Shown here: positions 9,978-18,816 of the stretch, one piece after another
Layout of the letters: each line of letters opens with the position of its first letter
How positions within the stretch are numbered: position 1 is the stretch's first letter
Sequence record: NC_061448.1
Length of the DNA: 64,000 nucleotides
Direction: 5' to 3' (one strand)
Notes under the pieces: generated by a model
The model's database searches: none
Seen by the model: only the letters and a program-made list of their open reading frames with translations
Told to the model about the DNA's origin: nothing
Translations under genes and position numbers: made by a program

Positions 9978-11033
9978 TTAACAATCACAACCTACTGAAT
10001 CGAAGTCAAGTTTCAGGCCAGGATAGAGTTGGTTGAACTCTTCCAGCGACACGTTGAAACCAGCAGCACTAACATGACCGTCACCACCACGAGTACGTGC
10101 GATATAACGAGCGCTACCTTTGTGGCCTTCAGGATACCCCTGAGAGCGACAGCTAACGTACACACGGTCTGGGTCACGATGACCTTTACGCACCAGCAGC
10201 ACTGTTTGGAAGTGCGCATAGTTTTCGTAGACGTAGGTACCAGTTTCAGATGCGATGTTTTTATCGCAGGGTACCACAGCGTGTTTCACGTCGATCAGCG
10301 CGTTCGGTTCAGAGAAGAAGCTGTTCTCGTCAATCATCTGGCGAATCTTCTCGTCACGGATTTCAATGTTCTTGATACCCTGTTCGATGATCTGCTCAAT
10401 GTCGCCAGCAAGAATAATCTTGTAGGCTTTACGAACGGTCGGAGGAAGTTCAGTGTAGATATGACCACACTTCTCAACTTCCGAGAACACGTCTTTCGAG
10501 TAACCTTCGTAGAACGCGAACGCACGTTTGTTGGTGCGAATCCACAGGTCACGGTCAGACACCAGTTGTGCGATGCGAATGATGTTATCAGTGCAAGCAT
10601 ACTGGTGCTGTTGGAACTCAGACACATGCGCCATGTACGCAAGCAACGCACCACTGCCACCAGCAGCAAACGTTAGCGAGCCAGGACTTACTTCGAGCGC
10701 AGCACACTCTTTCGCATACAGTTCAAGGCTGCGGCAATCGTGATGGTCGAGTACCTTGAAGTTACCGCTGTAGCGTTTGGTGAACAGCGCCATTTGACGT
10801 TCGGTGAAAGAGAAGTCAACTACAACAACGCGTTTATACAGCGCATCTTTACCGCCTTCGAGTCCCGGAATATCTTCCATGAGAACTCCGTCAGCAGTAA
10901 CTATATCCCCTTGATCTTGTGCGTAGACAGCAGGGAAGAAGTGGAGCGTATCATTGGGATACGCAAGTGCTGTAATGGCAGCAGCGAAACTACCATCAGC
11001 ACATCCTTGATGATAAACAACAAGTGTAGTCAT
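9978..11033 (-). CDS. DHH/DHHA1-family phosphoesterase
   Basis: Motifs VYHQGCADG, VVDFS, LDHHD and C-terminal GGDGHVSAAGF. Confidence 0.85.
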   Translation of the reverse strand: MTTLVVYHQGCADGSFAAAITALAYPNDTLHFFPAVYAQDQGDIVTADGVLMEDIPGLEGGKDALYKRVVVVDFSFTERQMALFTKRYSGNFKVLDHHDCRSLELYAKECAALEVSPGSLTFAAGGSGALLAYMAHVSEFQQHQYACTDNIIRIAQLVSDRDLWIRTNKRAFAFYEGYSKDVFSEVEKCGHIYTELPPTVRKAYKIILAGDIEQIIEQGIKNIEIRDEKIRQMIDENSFFSEPNALIDVKHAVVPCDKNIASETGTYVYENYAHFQTVLLVRKGHRDPDRVYVSCRSQGYPEGHKGSARYIARTRGGDGHVSAAGFNVSLEEFNQLYPGLKLDFDSVGCDC

Positions 11034-11035
11034 GA

Positions 11036-11908
11036 CTAAACCCAGTGGTTATTAGAATTTGAGTCGGTCTCTGATTGACCTTTCGCGTGGGCAATCATGT
11101 GACGCAGGCCCTCCAGTGTCTGTTGCAGGTTGTGGCGGTACTGCGCATCAGCGACCCCTTCACCGTGATGGAATGCAATGGAGAACAGTCGCCATTCATC
11201 GGACTGTCGAAGCGCTTCAATCTTACGGTAAAGGTTCTGACGACGCTCACGCGCACGTAACAGACGTTGCACTAAATTAAGAGGTTCGTGAGATTTTGAA
11301 CACAATTCAATGTGAATTGCATCTAAACCTTCATAGTCCAGACGGGCCAGTGCGTCTTTGGCACGTAGGAACAATGCGGCACGAAGCAGCTTAACTTCAT
11401 CAGGCAGGTGACGACACTTATCAGGGTGTGTCATGCGAGCGATTGCTTTGTAGATAGCCTTACACTTACGAGTAAGTTCGGTGCGGGACCACGCTTCGTG
11501 TGCGGCTTCTGTGTCAGCATCGCCTTCGTTATCACGCGTTTCGTGGTCAGTGTCGTCCTGCTCGAAGTTGTCTTCCAGAATCTTCTTCAAGTCTTCTGCG
11601 TTCGCTTGATCTTCAAGGTCAGCAGACTCGGCCAGGTTAATCAGGATTGCTTGCAGCTCGGCGTTCAGACGCTCGACTTCCATGATAAGCGGTTTGTTGT
11701 TGGCGTTCAGCTTATCAATAATCTTGGTCACGCGTTCGCAGTCTGCACTGTAGCGCAGTTCGAGGGCTGCTACTTCTTCGAGAACTTCTTCGAGTGTCTC
11801 ACCGCCCTCAGCTTCCAGAGTTTGAAACTCCAGTTCATCGGCGAGATCAATAGACGTACCTAACAGCGCAGGGTGTTGAGGGATAACCATCAACTGAGTA
11901 TTTGTCAT
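11036..11908 (-). CDS. J-domain (DnaJ-like HPD) co-chaperone with coiled-coil flanks
   Basis: CKAIYKAIARMTHPDK...LF..AKDA matches J-domain helix II-HPD-helix III. Confidence 0.7.
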   Translation of the reverse strand: MTNTQLMVIPQHPALLGTSIDLADELEFQTLEAEGGETLEEVLEEVAALELRYSADCERVTKIIDKLNANNKPLIMEVERLNAELQAILINLAESADLEDQANAEDLKKILEDNFEQDDTDHETRDNEGDADTEAAHEAWSRTELTRKCKAIYKAIARMTHPDKCRHLPDEVKLLRAALFLRAKDALARLDYEGLDAIHIELCSKSHEPLNLVQRLLRARERRQNLYRKIEALRQSDEWRLFSIAFHHGEGVADAQYRHNLQQTLEGLRHMIAHAKGQSETDSNSNNHWV

Positions 11909-12099
11909 GGGCGCGTCAGCTCCGAGATTGGTTTAGCTACCAGTTCTGCAATGCGCGGCGGGCACTGTGGATTGCGTTTCAAATTCTTGTGCAACCACTG
12001 CAAATTGTTACCTGACGAAGACACCTCAGCGCGGAAGCTGGGCAGTTTAAGTTCGTCACGGTGTTTGGCCAGCAGCGCATTCAGTTCATTCAGCAACAT
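11905..12099 (-). CDS. Hypothetical protein (64 aa)
   Basis: AAGGA SD; 4-nt overlap with the downstream gene. Confidence 0.6.
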   Translation of the reverse strand: MLLNELNALLAKHRDELKLPSFRAEVSSSGNNLQWLHKNLKRNPQCPPRIAELVAKPISELTRP

Positions 12100-12108
12100 T
12101 GGTTTTCC

Positions 12109-12729
12109 TTAAAGAGAAGAAGTCATTAGTTCAAGAACGTTTGAAACTACATGCGCAGGTCCGATTGAAATGCCGGTGTGCGCTTGCAGATGAATACGTT
12201 TCGTAAACAGTTCAAGCGGGTCAGGCCCGCCGCCTGTCACAACGATGCGAGGTATCTTCGGAAACATCTCAAGGATGTCTCGCAGTCGTTCAATCTTATA
12301 GCTGGTGCTGTCCATAGTTACGTTGGTCAACACTAACAATGACGGTCGCTTGCTTTTGAGTTGTTCATAGTCGAAGCGATCACCGTACAGCGTTACCCAG
12401 CGAGGCTTGAGCGCCGTCTCTGCGCTGTCTTCTACAGCAGCGTTAAAGATATTCAGCGCTGCCATTTTCGCTCGGTAGTCATTCGGGAAACTGCTAATCA
12501 CCGTGATGCGTGGATCAGTCTCGAATGGATTCTGAATCATCTTCGCGAGGTGAGTAAGCTGTTTGGTCTTTGATACAACACGACCCTTGAAGTAAGGTGA
12601 CAGAGGTTTGTAATCTTGCGCTGCCTCTACCACATCAAAGTTCTCGCGCTTGCCAAACAGGAGCTGGGGGTCTACACCCAGCGTCTGCATTTGCTTTGCC
12701 ACAGCAGGTTCAAAATCGAATGTTAACAC
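12109..12729 (-). CDS. Hypothetical protein, weak resemblance to a degenerate DnaC/IstB-like ATPase
   Basis: LLVLTNV...ERLRDILE...PRIVVT resembles the DnaC Walker-B/sensor region, but no intact Walker A. CTGTAAATA motif upstream. Confidence 0.35.
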   Translation of the reverse strand: MLTFDFEPAVAKQMQTLGVDPQLLFGKRENFDVVEAAQDYKPLSPYFKGRVVSKTKQLTHLAKMIQNPFETDPRITVISSFPNDYRAKMAALNIFNAAVEDSAETALKPRWVTLYGDRFDYEQLKSKRPSLLVLTNVTMDSTSYKIERLRDILEMFPKIPRIVVTGGGPDPLELFTKRIHLQAHTGISIGPAHVVSNVLELMTSSL

Positions 12730-12749
12730 AATACCCTCCGTTGTTCATG

Positions 12750-13106
12750 TCAGGTATTTACAGATTCTGGAGCGCGTTGCCACACAACGAATCTGACGTT
12801 CAGAGCACGGTCGTCACTCAAGGCTGTTTCGCGTGGATCATGACGATAGGCGTGCTTCTGCAAATGCTTAGGTCTTTCATGAGGGAAGAATGCGTGAGCA
12901 GGATTGGGCACTGACTCATAGGTATGACCTTCGATCACAACCAGATTGTCAATACGAAGAACACCAGGAACCTCGAACACAGTCGGCAAATTGCCGGGCG
13001 TAGTTGCAGTACCAAGAACTGTCTCATGATACTCCACCAGCGCTTTCACTAATGCTCGACCTGCAACAGTAGTGAGTGTCAGGTTATACTCTGTTCTAAA
13101 TTCCAT
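12750..13106 (-). CDS. Hypothetical protein (118 aa)
   Basis: AGGAG SD; packed in the operon. Confidence 0.65.
   Translation of the reverse strand: MEFRTEYNLTLTTVAGRALVKALVEYHETVLGTATTPGNLPTVFEVPGVLRIDNLVVIEGHTYESVPNPAHAFFPHERPKHLQKHAYRHDPRETALSDDRALNVRFVVWQRAPESVNT
12755..12763 (-). promoter_or_regulatory. CTGTAAATA motif
   Basis: One of 8 exact copies; 26 nt upstream of the 12729 start. Confidence 0.6.
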
Positions 13107-13121
13107 GGTGTTCTCCTGTTA

Positions 13122-13493
13122 TTACATTAGTGGCATTTCTGGATCGACGTAGGTGTATTGGAACACGATACGCCAGCCAGATGCTACGTTTTTATCGTCG
13201 TGGAAACGGAAGCCGTAGAACATGATGATGCCCTTAGCGTCTGGCTCCAGTGTAGGCTCGTAGGTAGTAAACGCTTCTTCGAGCTTGAGTGCATCGGCAA
13301 TACTGATCGCCCATGCGTCGAGGTCAAACGGACCTTCAGGGACTTCCCACGAGATAGTATGCTTCTGCCAGTGTTCGGCTTGCATATCGGTATCTTTGGA
13401 AATCCAGTCGAGGTGTTTGAGCCCCATATGCAGAGCGACAGCACGAGGGATGCCATGCTCTTTCATGTAGCGTTGCAGTTGATCAAGACGCAT
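13122..13493 (-). CDS. Hypothetical protein (123 aa)
   Basis: AAGGA SD; packed in the operon. Confidence 0.65.
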   Translation of the reverse strand: MRLDQLQRYMKEHGIPRAVALHMGLKHLDWISKDTDMQAEHWQKHTISWEVPEGPFDLDAWAISIADALKLEEAFTTYEPTLEPDAKGIIMFYGFRFHDDKNVASGWRIVFQYTYVDPEMPLM

Positions 13494-13806
13494 TGCATGA
13501 TTCCTTAATGGTGCGTGGGAAGACTGTCACGTTAATGCGCGTGTAGTCACTGAGTTCAGGGTGCTGAACACATTCATGAGATACCAACCAGATGTTTGTA
13601 CACTCAAGCGTATCGCGCATTACCAACAGCAGGTTAGACACGACAGACACAGAGTGGACGAAGTTAGAGTAATCGAGAGTCAGAGTAACAACCTCGTTCG
13701 ACAACTCACTATCCTGTTGGTCCCATGGAGTAACGCTCATGGACAGGCGGGCTGCTTCACTCGTCAACATATCCATATCGAGAGTGTGCGGTAAACGCTC
13801 TTTCAT
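13483..13806 (-). CDS. Hypothetical protein (107 aa)
   Basis: AAGGAG SD; overlaps the next gene by 11 nt. Confidence 0.65.
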   Translation of the reverse strand: MKERLPHTLDMDMLTSEAARLSMSVTPWDQQDSELSNEVVTLTLDYSNFVHSVSVVSNLLLVMRDTLECTNIWLVSHECVQHPELSDYTRINVTVFPRTIKESCNAS

Positions 13807-13844
13807 TTAAACTCCTTATAGCTTCAAAAGAGACAGTCTATAAA

Positions 13845-14339
13845 TTAGAGAGCGAGACCTTTCAGGAGCAGACGCGCAGACGCCGTGAACTGTTTCTTCT
13901 TGAGTTCAGGAAGTTTGTTGTAGCGAGCAATGATGTCCGCAAGGCCGAGATCGTTTTCATCTTCGACAACGTTTTCTTCATCGTCCACGTAACGGCCTTC
14001 TTGACCAGAAACACCGTCATCACCTTTCTGCCAGTTAGCTTTAGTTACAGTCAACAGGAACGTACCCTGATACTCTTCCGTGAAACGAGTGCTGAGGCCT
14101 ACAGGCTTACGCACTTTGGTATGTTCGAGGTTAGCAATACGCTGCACAGCAAAGCCGTCAGGAAATTGAGCAAACACCTCAGACAGCTCAACGTCTGCTT
14201 TATTGTCAGGTGCCGGTGATTTAGCAACGAACGGCACAGAGAACGTTTCACCGCCTTCAACGTCGTACTGACCATCAAAGATGATTTTCTCGTTAGCGCG
14301 TAACGTGTTAACGATAAGAGTGTACAGTGGATCGAACAT
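13845..14339 (-). CDS. Hypothetical protein (164 aa)
   Basis: GAGGA SD; typical codon usage. Confidence 0.65.
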   Translation of the reverse strand: MFDPLYTLIVNTLRANEKIIFDGQYDVEGGETFSVPFVAKSPAPDNKADVELSEVFAQFPDGFAVQRIANLEHTKVRKPVGLSTRFTEEYQGTFLLTVTKANWQKGDDGVSGQEGRYVDDEENVVEDENDLGLADIIARYNKLPELKKKQFTASARLLLKGLAL

Positions 14340-14340
14340 G

Positions 14341-14799
14341 TTACTTCCTCAAATGGTCGGCCAGCATTTCGATATGACATGCAATCATATCTTTCTGGGC
14401 GAGAGTGAGTCGATTGAATGGAGGCAGATCAGGATAAATACCCTGCATCGCCAGATACGTTGTCTGGATGCTCGGCACAGGACGTTCACCTTTAGCAAAC
14501 ACACAGTTCTGATAAATGTATGCTGGTGGTTGTCCGTAGAACTTCTCGTCAACCAAAACAGAATCGCAACTCACCAGAACAAGGTTCTTGCCCAACTTCT
14601 CCTCAACTTCTTTCATGTTGACGAGTTTGAGCACTTCATACGTCGCATCGACAGTGCTAGTAGCAGACCCTGCGATAGATATGTCAAGGCGCAGATCCAG
14701 CGTGTAGGTTAAGCTAGGGAAAGCCGGTGACGTAACCATGTTGAAGCCCTCCTCCTTGAGGGCTTTGTGCAGCAGGTCTTCTAGATTGTTAACTGACAT
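14341..14799 (-). CDS. Hypothetical protein (152 aa)
   Basis: Translationally coupled to the helicase gene (stop/start overlap at 14799). Confidence 0.6.
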   Translation of the reverse strand: MSVNNLEDLLHKALKEEGFNMVTSPAFPSLTYTLDLRLDISIAGSATSTVDATYEVLKLVNMKEVEEKLGKNLVLVSCDSVLVDEKFYGQPPAYIYQNCVFAKGERPVPSIQTTYLAMQGIYPDLPPFNRLTLAQKDMIACHIEMLADHLRK

Positions 14800-16400
14800 T
14801 AGAATCGCCTCATGCCTAAGTTAGAAGGCTGGCCTTTCACTTTCGCTTCTGGCTCGAAGTAGTCAGGCAGTTCGCTATCAAGCGCTTCACCTCTCGACAC
14901 AACTCCCATCCAGTCACGCAGCTTCTTCGGTGTACGCTTCGCTTTCGCGTAACCAAACTTCCAGCACATCTTGAGAACGGAACGAGCACACTGCATCGAA
15001 CGATCCATCTTCGGATCAATGAACATACGAATCACAGGTGTGCGTTTGTTTTCCATCGGCGTCAGAATACGACACGACTCCTGTTTCCAGTTCGGCTCGT
15101 TGTTCATCGGCATGATGTAGTACAGCGTGTCCCACTTCGGAACGTTCAGGCCGCGCTGCATCAGCTTACGCATACCGACAACGCAACGTATCTTACCTTC
15201 ACGCGCTGCATCAATAATCGGCTTACGCTTCTTCGCTTCTTTCGCACCGCCAAGGAACACAGCAGCAACTTCTTCCATGTAATGCTCATTGATACGCTGC
15301 ACCAGACGACGCGCTTGATCAGTGAACATGATTGGGATTGCGATACTTCGACCAGCATCGAGATCTTTGATAATCCATTCAAAGATCTTATCGTTGCGGT
15401 CTGGATGATTTGCAAGGAACTTACAGAATCGCACCCAGCCACTTTTGTTGTTGTAGTTCGCTTTCGACTGCACCTTCGTTGAAGTCTTATGCAACGTTAC
15501 TTTCGGCACAAGCTCCTCAACAAACGCTTCGGCAATCACAGGCCCGAAGATAGATTCAATCAGGTAGTGACGACCGTCTTTACGCTTAGGCGTTGCAGTC
15601 AGACCGAAGCGGTACTTCATTTTCAGAGAGGCCAGTACGCGGCTGTAGCAGCTTGCGTTACCAGCGTGGCATTCATCGACGAACAGCGTACCGTAGTTCT
15701 CGTTCAGCAACTTGAGTCGCTTCTTCGAGTTCTTGCTGTCAGAGATCAGAGACTGATAGGTCACGAGGATAATCTGGAAGTTCTTATAGTCGTCCAGAGT
15801 CTTCGGGAAACCATACAGCTTCTTACCGTGCTTCTCTTCCAGCTCAGGAAGATTCGTCATCGCTTCGATAGTCTCTAAGAAACCATCGAGGAAGTCTTTC
15901 TGGTCAGCCATAATGACTGTACGGAATCCAGAGTGACATGCACCAGCAGTACCGATAACTGTCTTACCAGAACGAGGCGGTGCTTTGAACACACCACACA
16001 GTTCACCGAACATCTTCTCGAACGGCTCTTCCTGATACTCACGCAGCTTGCCCGTGAACTTCACTTTGTAGTCGTAAGGTACGCGACTCGTTCCATTCAC
16101 GAACTTCACTTCTTTCAGGCTCAACCCTGCTGTCTTCTCAAAACGGTGCATCTCACCGTACGGAATAGACACGTAACGCTTACCCTTAATCTCAGAGTAT
16201 TTCGCCAGCACGGTAATGTCGAGCAGACCGCCTTTAGAACACGAACGGCATTCTTCGGACGGTCGTATAGAACGAAACTCACAGTTCTTGCACACGGCAT
16301 TTTCGAACTCATAGTGAGTCATCTTCTTGATGATGTTGTCTGCGTCCACAACCTTAACTGGAATGTGCAGACGGCTATCGACCAATACTTTGGCAGTCAC
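14799..16400 (-). CDS. Superfamily 2 DNA helicase (UvsW/XPB-like) with N-terminal Cys4 motif
   Basis: LREYQ Q-motif, APPRSGKT, DECH, GLTAT, QRGLNVP; CKNC...CRSC near the N-terminus. Confidence 0.9.
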   Translation of the reverse strand: MTAKVLVDSRLHIPVKVVDADNIIKKMTHYEFENAVCKNCEFRSIRPSEECRSCSKGGLLDITVLAKYSEIKGKRYVSIPYGEMHRFEKTAGLSLKEVKFVNGTSRVPYDYKVKFTGKLREYQEEPFEKMFGELCGVFKAPPRSGKTVIGTAGACHSGFRTVIMADQKDFLDGFLETIEAMTNLPELEEKHGKKLYGFPKTLDDYKNFQIILVTYQSLISDSKNSKKRLKLLNENYGTLFVDECHAGNASCYSRVLASLKMKYRFGLTATPKRKDGRHYLIESIFGPVIAEAFVEELVPKVTLHKTSTKVQSKANYNNKSGWVRFCKFLANHPDRNDKIFEWIIKDLDAGRSIAIPIMFTDQARRLVQRINEHYMEEVAAVFLGGAKEAKKRKPIIDAAREGKIRCVVGMRKLMQRGLNVPKWDTLYYIMPMNNEPNWKQESCRILTPMENKRTPVIRMFIDPKMDRSMQCARSVLKMCWKFGYAKAKRTPKKLRDWMGVVSRGEALDSELPDYFEPEAKVKGQPSNLGMRRF

Positions 16401-16402
16401 AT

Positions 16403-16948
16403 CTATTTCCTTGAGTTCGGCAGACCGTACTCACGCTGATTGATGATGTTCATCGTATCGACAAGCGCTTTAAAGGCAAAGCCACACTTATCAATGTCCT
16501 TGATATACAGGTCAATCTCGTCCTTGAGTTGTTCAAGCGAATCAGCGTAGCGGTAGTATTCGGCCATAATGTTTCTGACACAGCGCTCGCGTTCTTTCGC
16601 AGCACCGACGGCTTTCAGATCTTTTGCATACGTGACCGAGGCGTAATCCTGAAATCGTTCCAACATATCATTTAACAGTTTTGAGGCTGTGTGAATGTTG
16701 GTCAGGATCTCAGTCATACGGCTTCGGTACGATTGATCTTGAATTATCGACTCGGCCAGCTTGTTCAGTGCGCTTGGGTCAGAGATGTTGAGCGTTCTGA
16801 CCTTACGCATCTTGAATAGCTTACGCGCTTCGTCTTGCAGTTCGGCGAGCGGTTGCTGAAAGATAGCATTCGTTTTATAAATGTCTCTCAGCTTCTTATA
16901 GCGCTTGTCATTCTTGACCTTTATTCGAATGCGCTTTAGGTCGTCCAT
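16403..16948 (-). CDS. Helical hypothetical protein, possibly UvsY-like recombination mediator
   Basis: Predicted all-helical, charged, next to the UvsW-like helicase. Function is inference only. Confidence 0.35.
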   Translation of the reverse strand: MDDLKRIRIKVKNDKRYKKLRDIYKTNAIFQQPLAELQDEARKLFKMRKVRTLNISDPSALNKLAESIIQDQSYRSRMTEILTNIHTASKLLNDMLERFQDYASVTYAKDLKAVGAAKERERCVRNIMAEYYRYADSLEQLKDEIDLYIKDIDKCGFAFKALVDTMNIINQREYGLPNSRK

Positions 16949-17382
16949 TAATCACCTTTATCAGTTACGAGAATCGGGCTGTCCGGAGTTTTGTTCGGCA
17001 TAGCAAAGAAGCTGCCATGCTCGTCCCGATAAATTAGCAGACCACCGGACGGACCTTCGATAGGGCAGGTGAAGTTGAATGTCTTTTCGAGAGGCGGCAT
17101 GTAGCCGACAGACACGTCATTAAACGTACACCACTTCGCAGACACTTCGAGCAGCGAACCCACAACAGTATCAGCAAGGCGCAGATACGATTGCTTGAAG
17201 TGATAGCTGTGCTCAATAGGTGCAACACTATCAATCGTGAGTTCGTTACCGTACACAGCTTTATAAATCAGGCAGAAACGACGACGCCCGCGCGGGGCAT
17301 TAGGTATTTCATACAGCACATCATGTATGAGTGAAGAAACGTCCCCAATGAGGACGTTTTTCTTGACCACCAGCTTGGTCAT
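16948..17382 (-). CDS. Hypothetical protein (144 aa)
   Basis: Coupled by overlaps on both sides. Confidence 0.6.
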   Translation of the reverse strand: MTKLVVKKNVLIGDVSSLIHDVLYEIPNAPRGRRRFCLIYKAVYGNELTIDSVAPIEHSYHFKQSYLRLADTVVGSLLEVSAKWCTFNDVSVGYMPPLEKTFNFTCPIEGPSGGLLIYRDEHGSFFAMPNKTPDSPILVTDKGD

Positions 17383-18557
17383 GCTGGCAGATACCCGAAG
17401 TACAACAGCGTGTGCGTGTCGAACTTATAGTTCAGGCTGAACGCGTTCAGGCTATTGATGTTCGCACCATGGAAGCCCATGTTGTGTCGTTCTTCACGCC
17501 CGATGTTACGCAACAACTCACGAATGATGCGCATGTCGAGCGAGGTACTAAACTCTTTCTCAACAGGCTTCGCCAGCTTCAAGCTGTCCTGTACGCTGCC
17601 GCTATCGTTACCGAACTTGAGTTTGAACTCTTGCTTCTTAACGAGGAGCTTCGCGTTCGTGTTACCTTTCTTCTCGATCAGCGTCGAGATGTTAGCGAAC
17701 GGTGCAGACAGGTCACCCTTAATCACACAACCAATCAGCGGCTTGCCGAGTTGTGCGATCATGTTGTCCATGTAACGATAGTCTTCATCCGATGCCTGAA
17801 TCGGAGGCAGTGTCAGAACGAAAGATTCGGCTTCGGCTGCGAATGAACTGCTGTCTACGTGGAACGTTACCTTCTCTTCACCGCAGAAGCGATAAATCAA
17901 ATCGAACATCTCGCCAGTCAGACTGAAACGGAACGGCTTCACTTTCTTTTTCAGTGCAGCGCGATAACGAGATGAAGTCCAGTGACCAGGGCTAACGAGG
18001 CTCAGGCTCTCACCGTCACAGATAACACGACACATCACGGTCTGACCTGTGATCGTATCTTTCAAACGAGTCAGCTTAACGCCCTGAGTCATCGCGTCGA
18101 TTACTTCACGCGTCATCTCATGACCGCCTTCGATATGGTGATGCAGACCCTGTTCAACCATCGGAATCTGTTCGGCAGATACTGGACGCAGTTTCACTTC
18201 TGCTTTGTACTTGCCCTTCTGTTCGCTGATGTTCAACGTCTTACCGTCGAACTCAACGTTCAGTTCTTTACGCTTACTGATCAGGCCGGTCAACTGAATC
18301 GGGTCGATGTTCATAACCGTGTCAGCGTCGGCAGTTGCACCCGGCACCAGATACGCAACGAACGTATCAGGAGTACGACCGAGAACGAACACGTCAGACT
18401 TATAGGTGACCAGCAGATGAATGTGCGTCAGCTTGTCGTCCGACTCAGAGAAACGCGTTACGCTATCAACACGTTTAAGAATATCTGACAGGAACGTACC
18501 GTTCAGCGTTAGGCTGCATTTCTTAGCGGGGTTCTTCGGTAATCGACAAGTCTTCAT
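17379..18557 (-). CDS. Sliding-clamp (DNA Pol III beta-like) protein
   Basis: 392 aa with three repeated helix + beta-strand units matching clamp domain periodicity; next to the DNA polymerase gene; a DnaX-like loader is present in the window. Confidence 0.6.
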   Translation of the reverse strand: MKTCRLPKNPAKKCSLTLNGTFLSDILKRVDSVTRFSESDDKLTHIHLLVTYKSDVFVLGRTPDTFVAYLVPGATADADTVMNIDPIQLTGLISKRKELNVEFDGKTLNISEQKGKYKAEVKLRPVSAEQIPMVEQGLHHHIEGGHEMTREVIDAMTQGVKLTRLKDTITGQTVMCRVICDGESLSLVSPGHWTSSRYRAALKKKVKPFRFSLTGEMFDLIYRFCGEEKVTFHVDSSSFAAEAESFVLTLPPIQASDEDYRYMDNMIAQLGKPLIGCVIKGDLSAPFANISTLIEKKGNTNAKLLVKKQEFKLKFGNDSGSVQDSLKLAKPVEKEFSTSLDMRIIRELLRNIGREERHNMGFHGANINSLNAFSLNYKFDTHTLLYFGYLPA

Positions 18558-18816
18558 CTCTATCCTCTAAAACAAATTGTAGTGTGCCCTGTATATTTAC
18601 AGCATTCAGGCGCTTGCCCGACGCTGCTATCAGGCCATTCAGAACGCCGACAAGGTCAGCGCTGTAGCAGTTCTCTGCGATCTGGTGAACGTAAATATCA
18701 TCAGGTACATCGCCCGGGTTAAGCTGCCAAGCAGTACGCAAGGCAGCACCCATGAATGCCGGACGTTCTACCAGATGCTTGTTCAGGAACGAACATACAT
18801 CTTCTGCCGTCATCAT
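18523..18816 (-). CDS. Hypothetical protein (97 aa)
   Basis: Lies between polymerase and clamp, overlapping both. Confidence 0.55.
   Translation of the reverse strand: MMTAEDVCSFLNKHLVERPAFMGAALRTAWQLNPGDVPDDIYVHQIAENCYSADLVGVLNGLIAASGKRLNAVNIQGTLQFVLEDRDEDLSITEEPR
18594..18602 (-). promoter_or_regulatory. CTGTAAATA motif upstream of the clamp gene
   Basis: Exact copy, 37 nt from the start. Confidence 0.6.
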
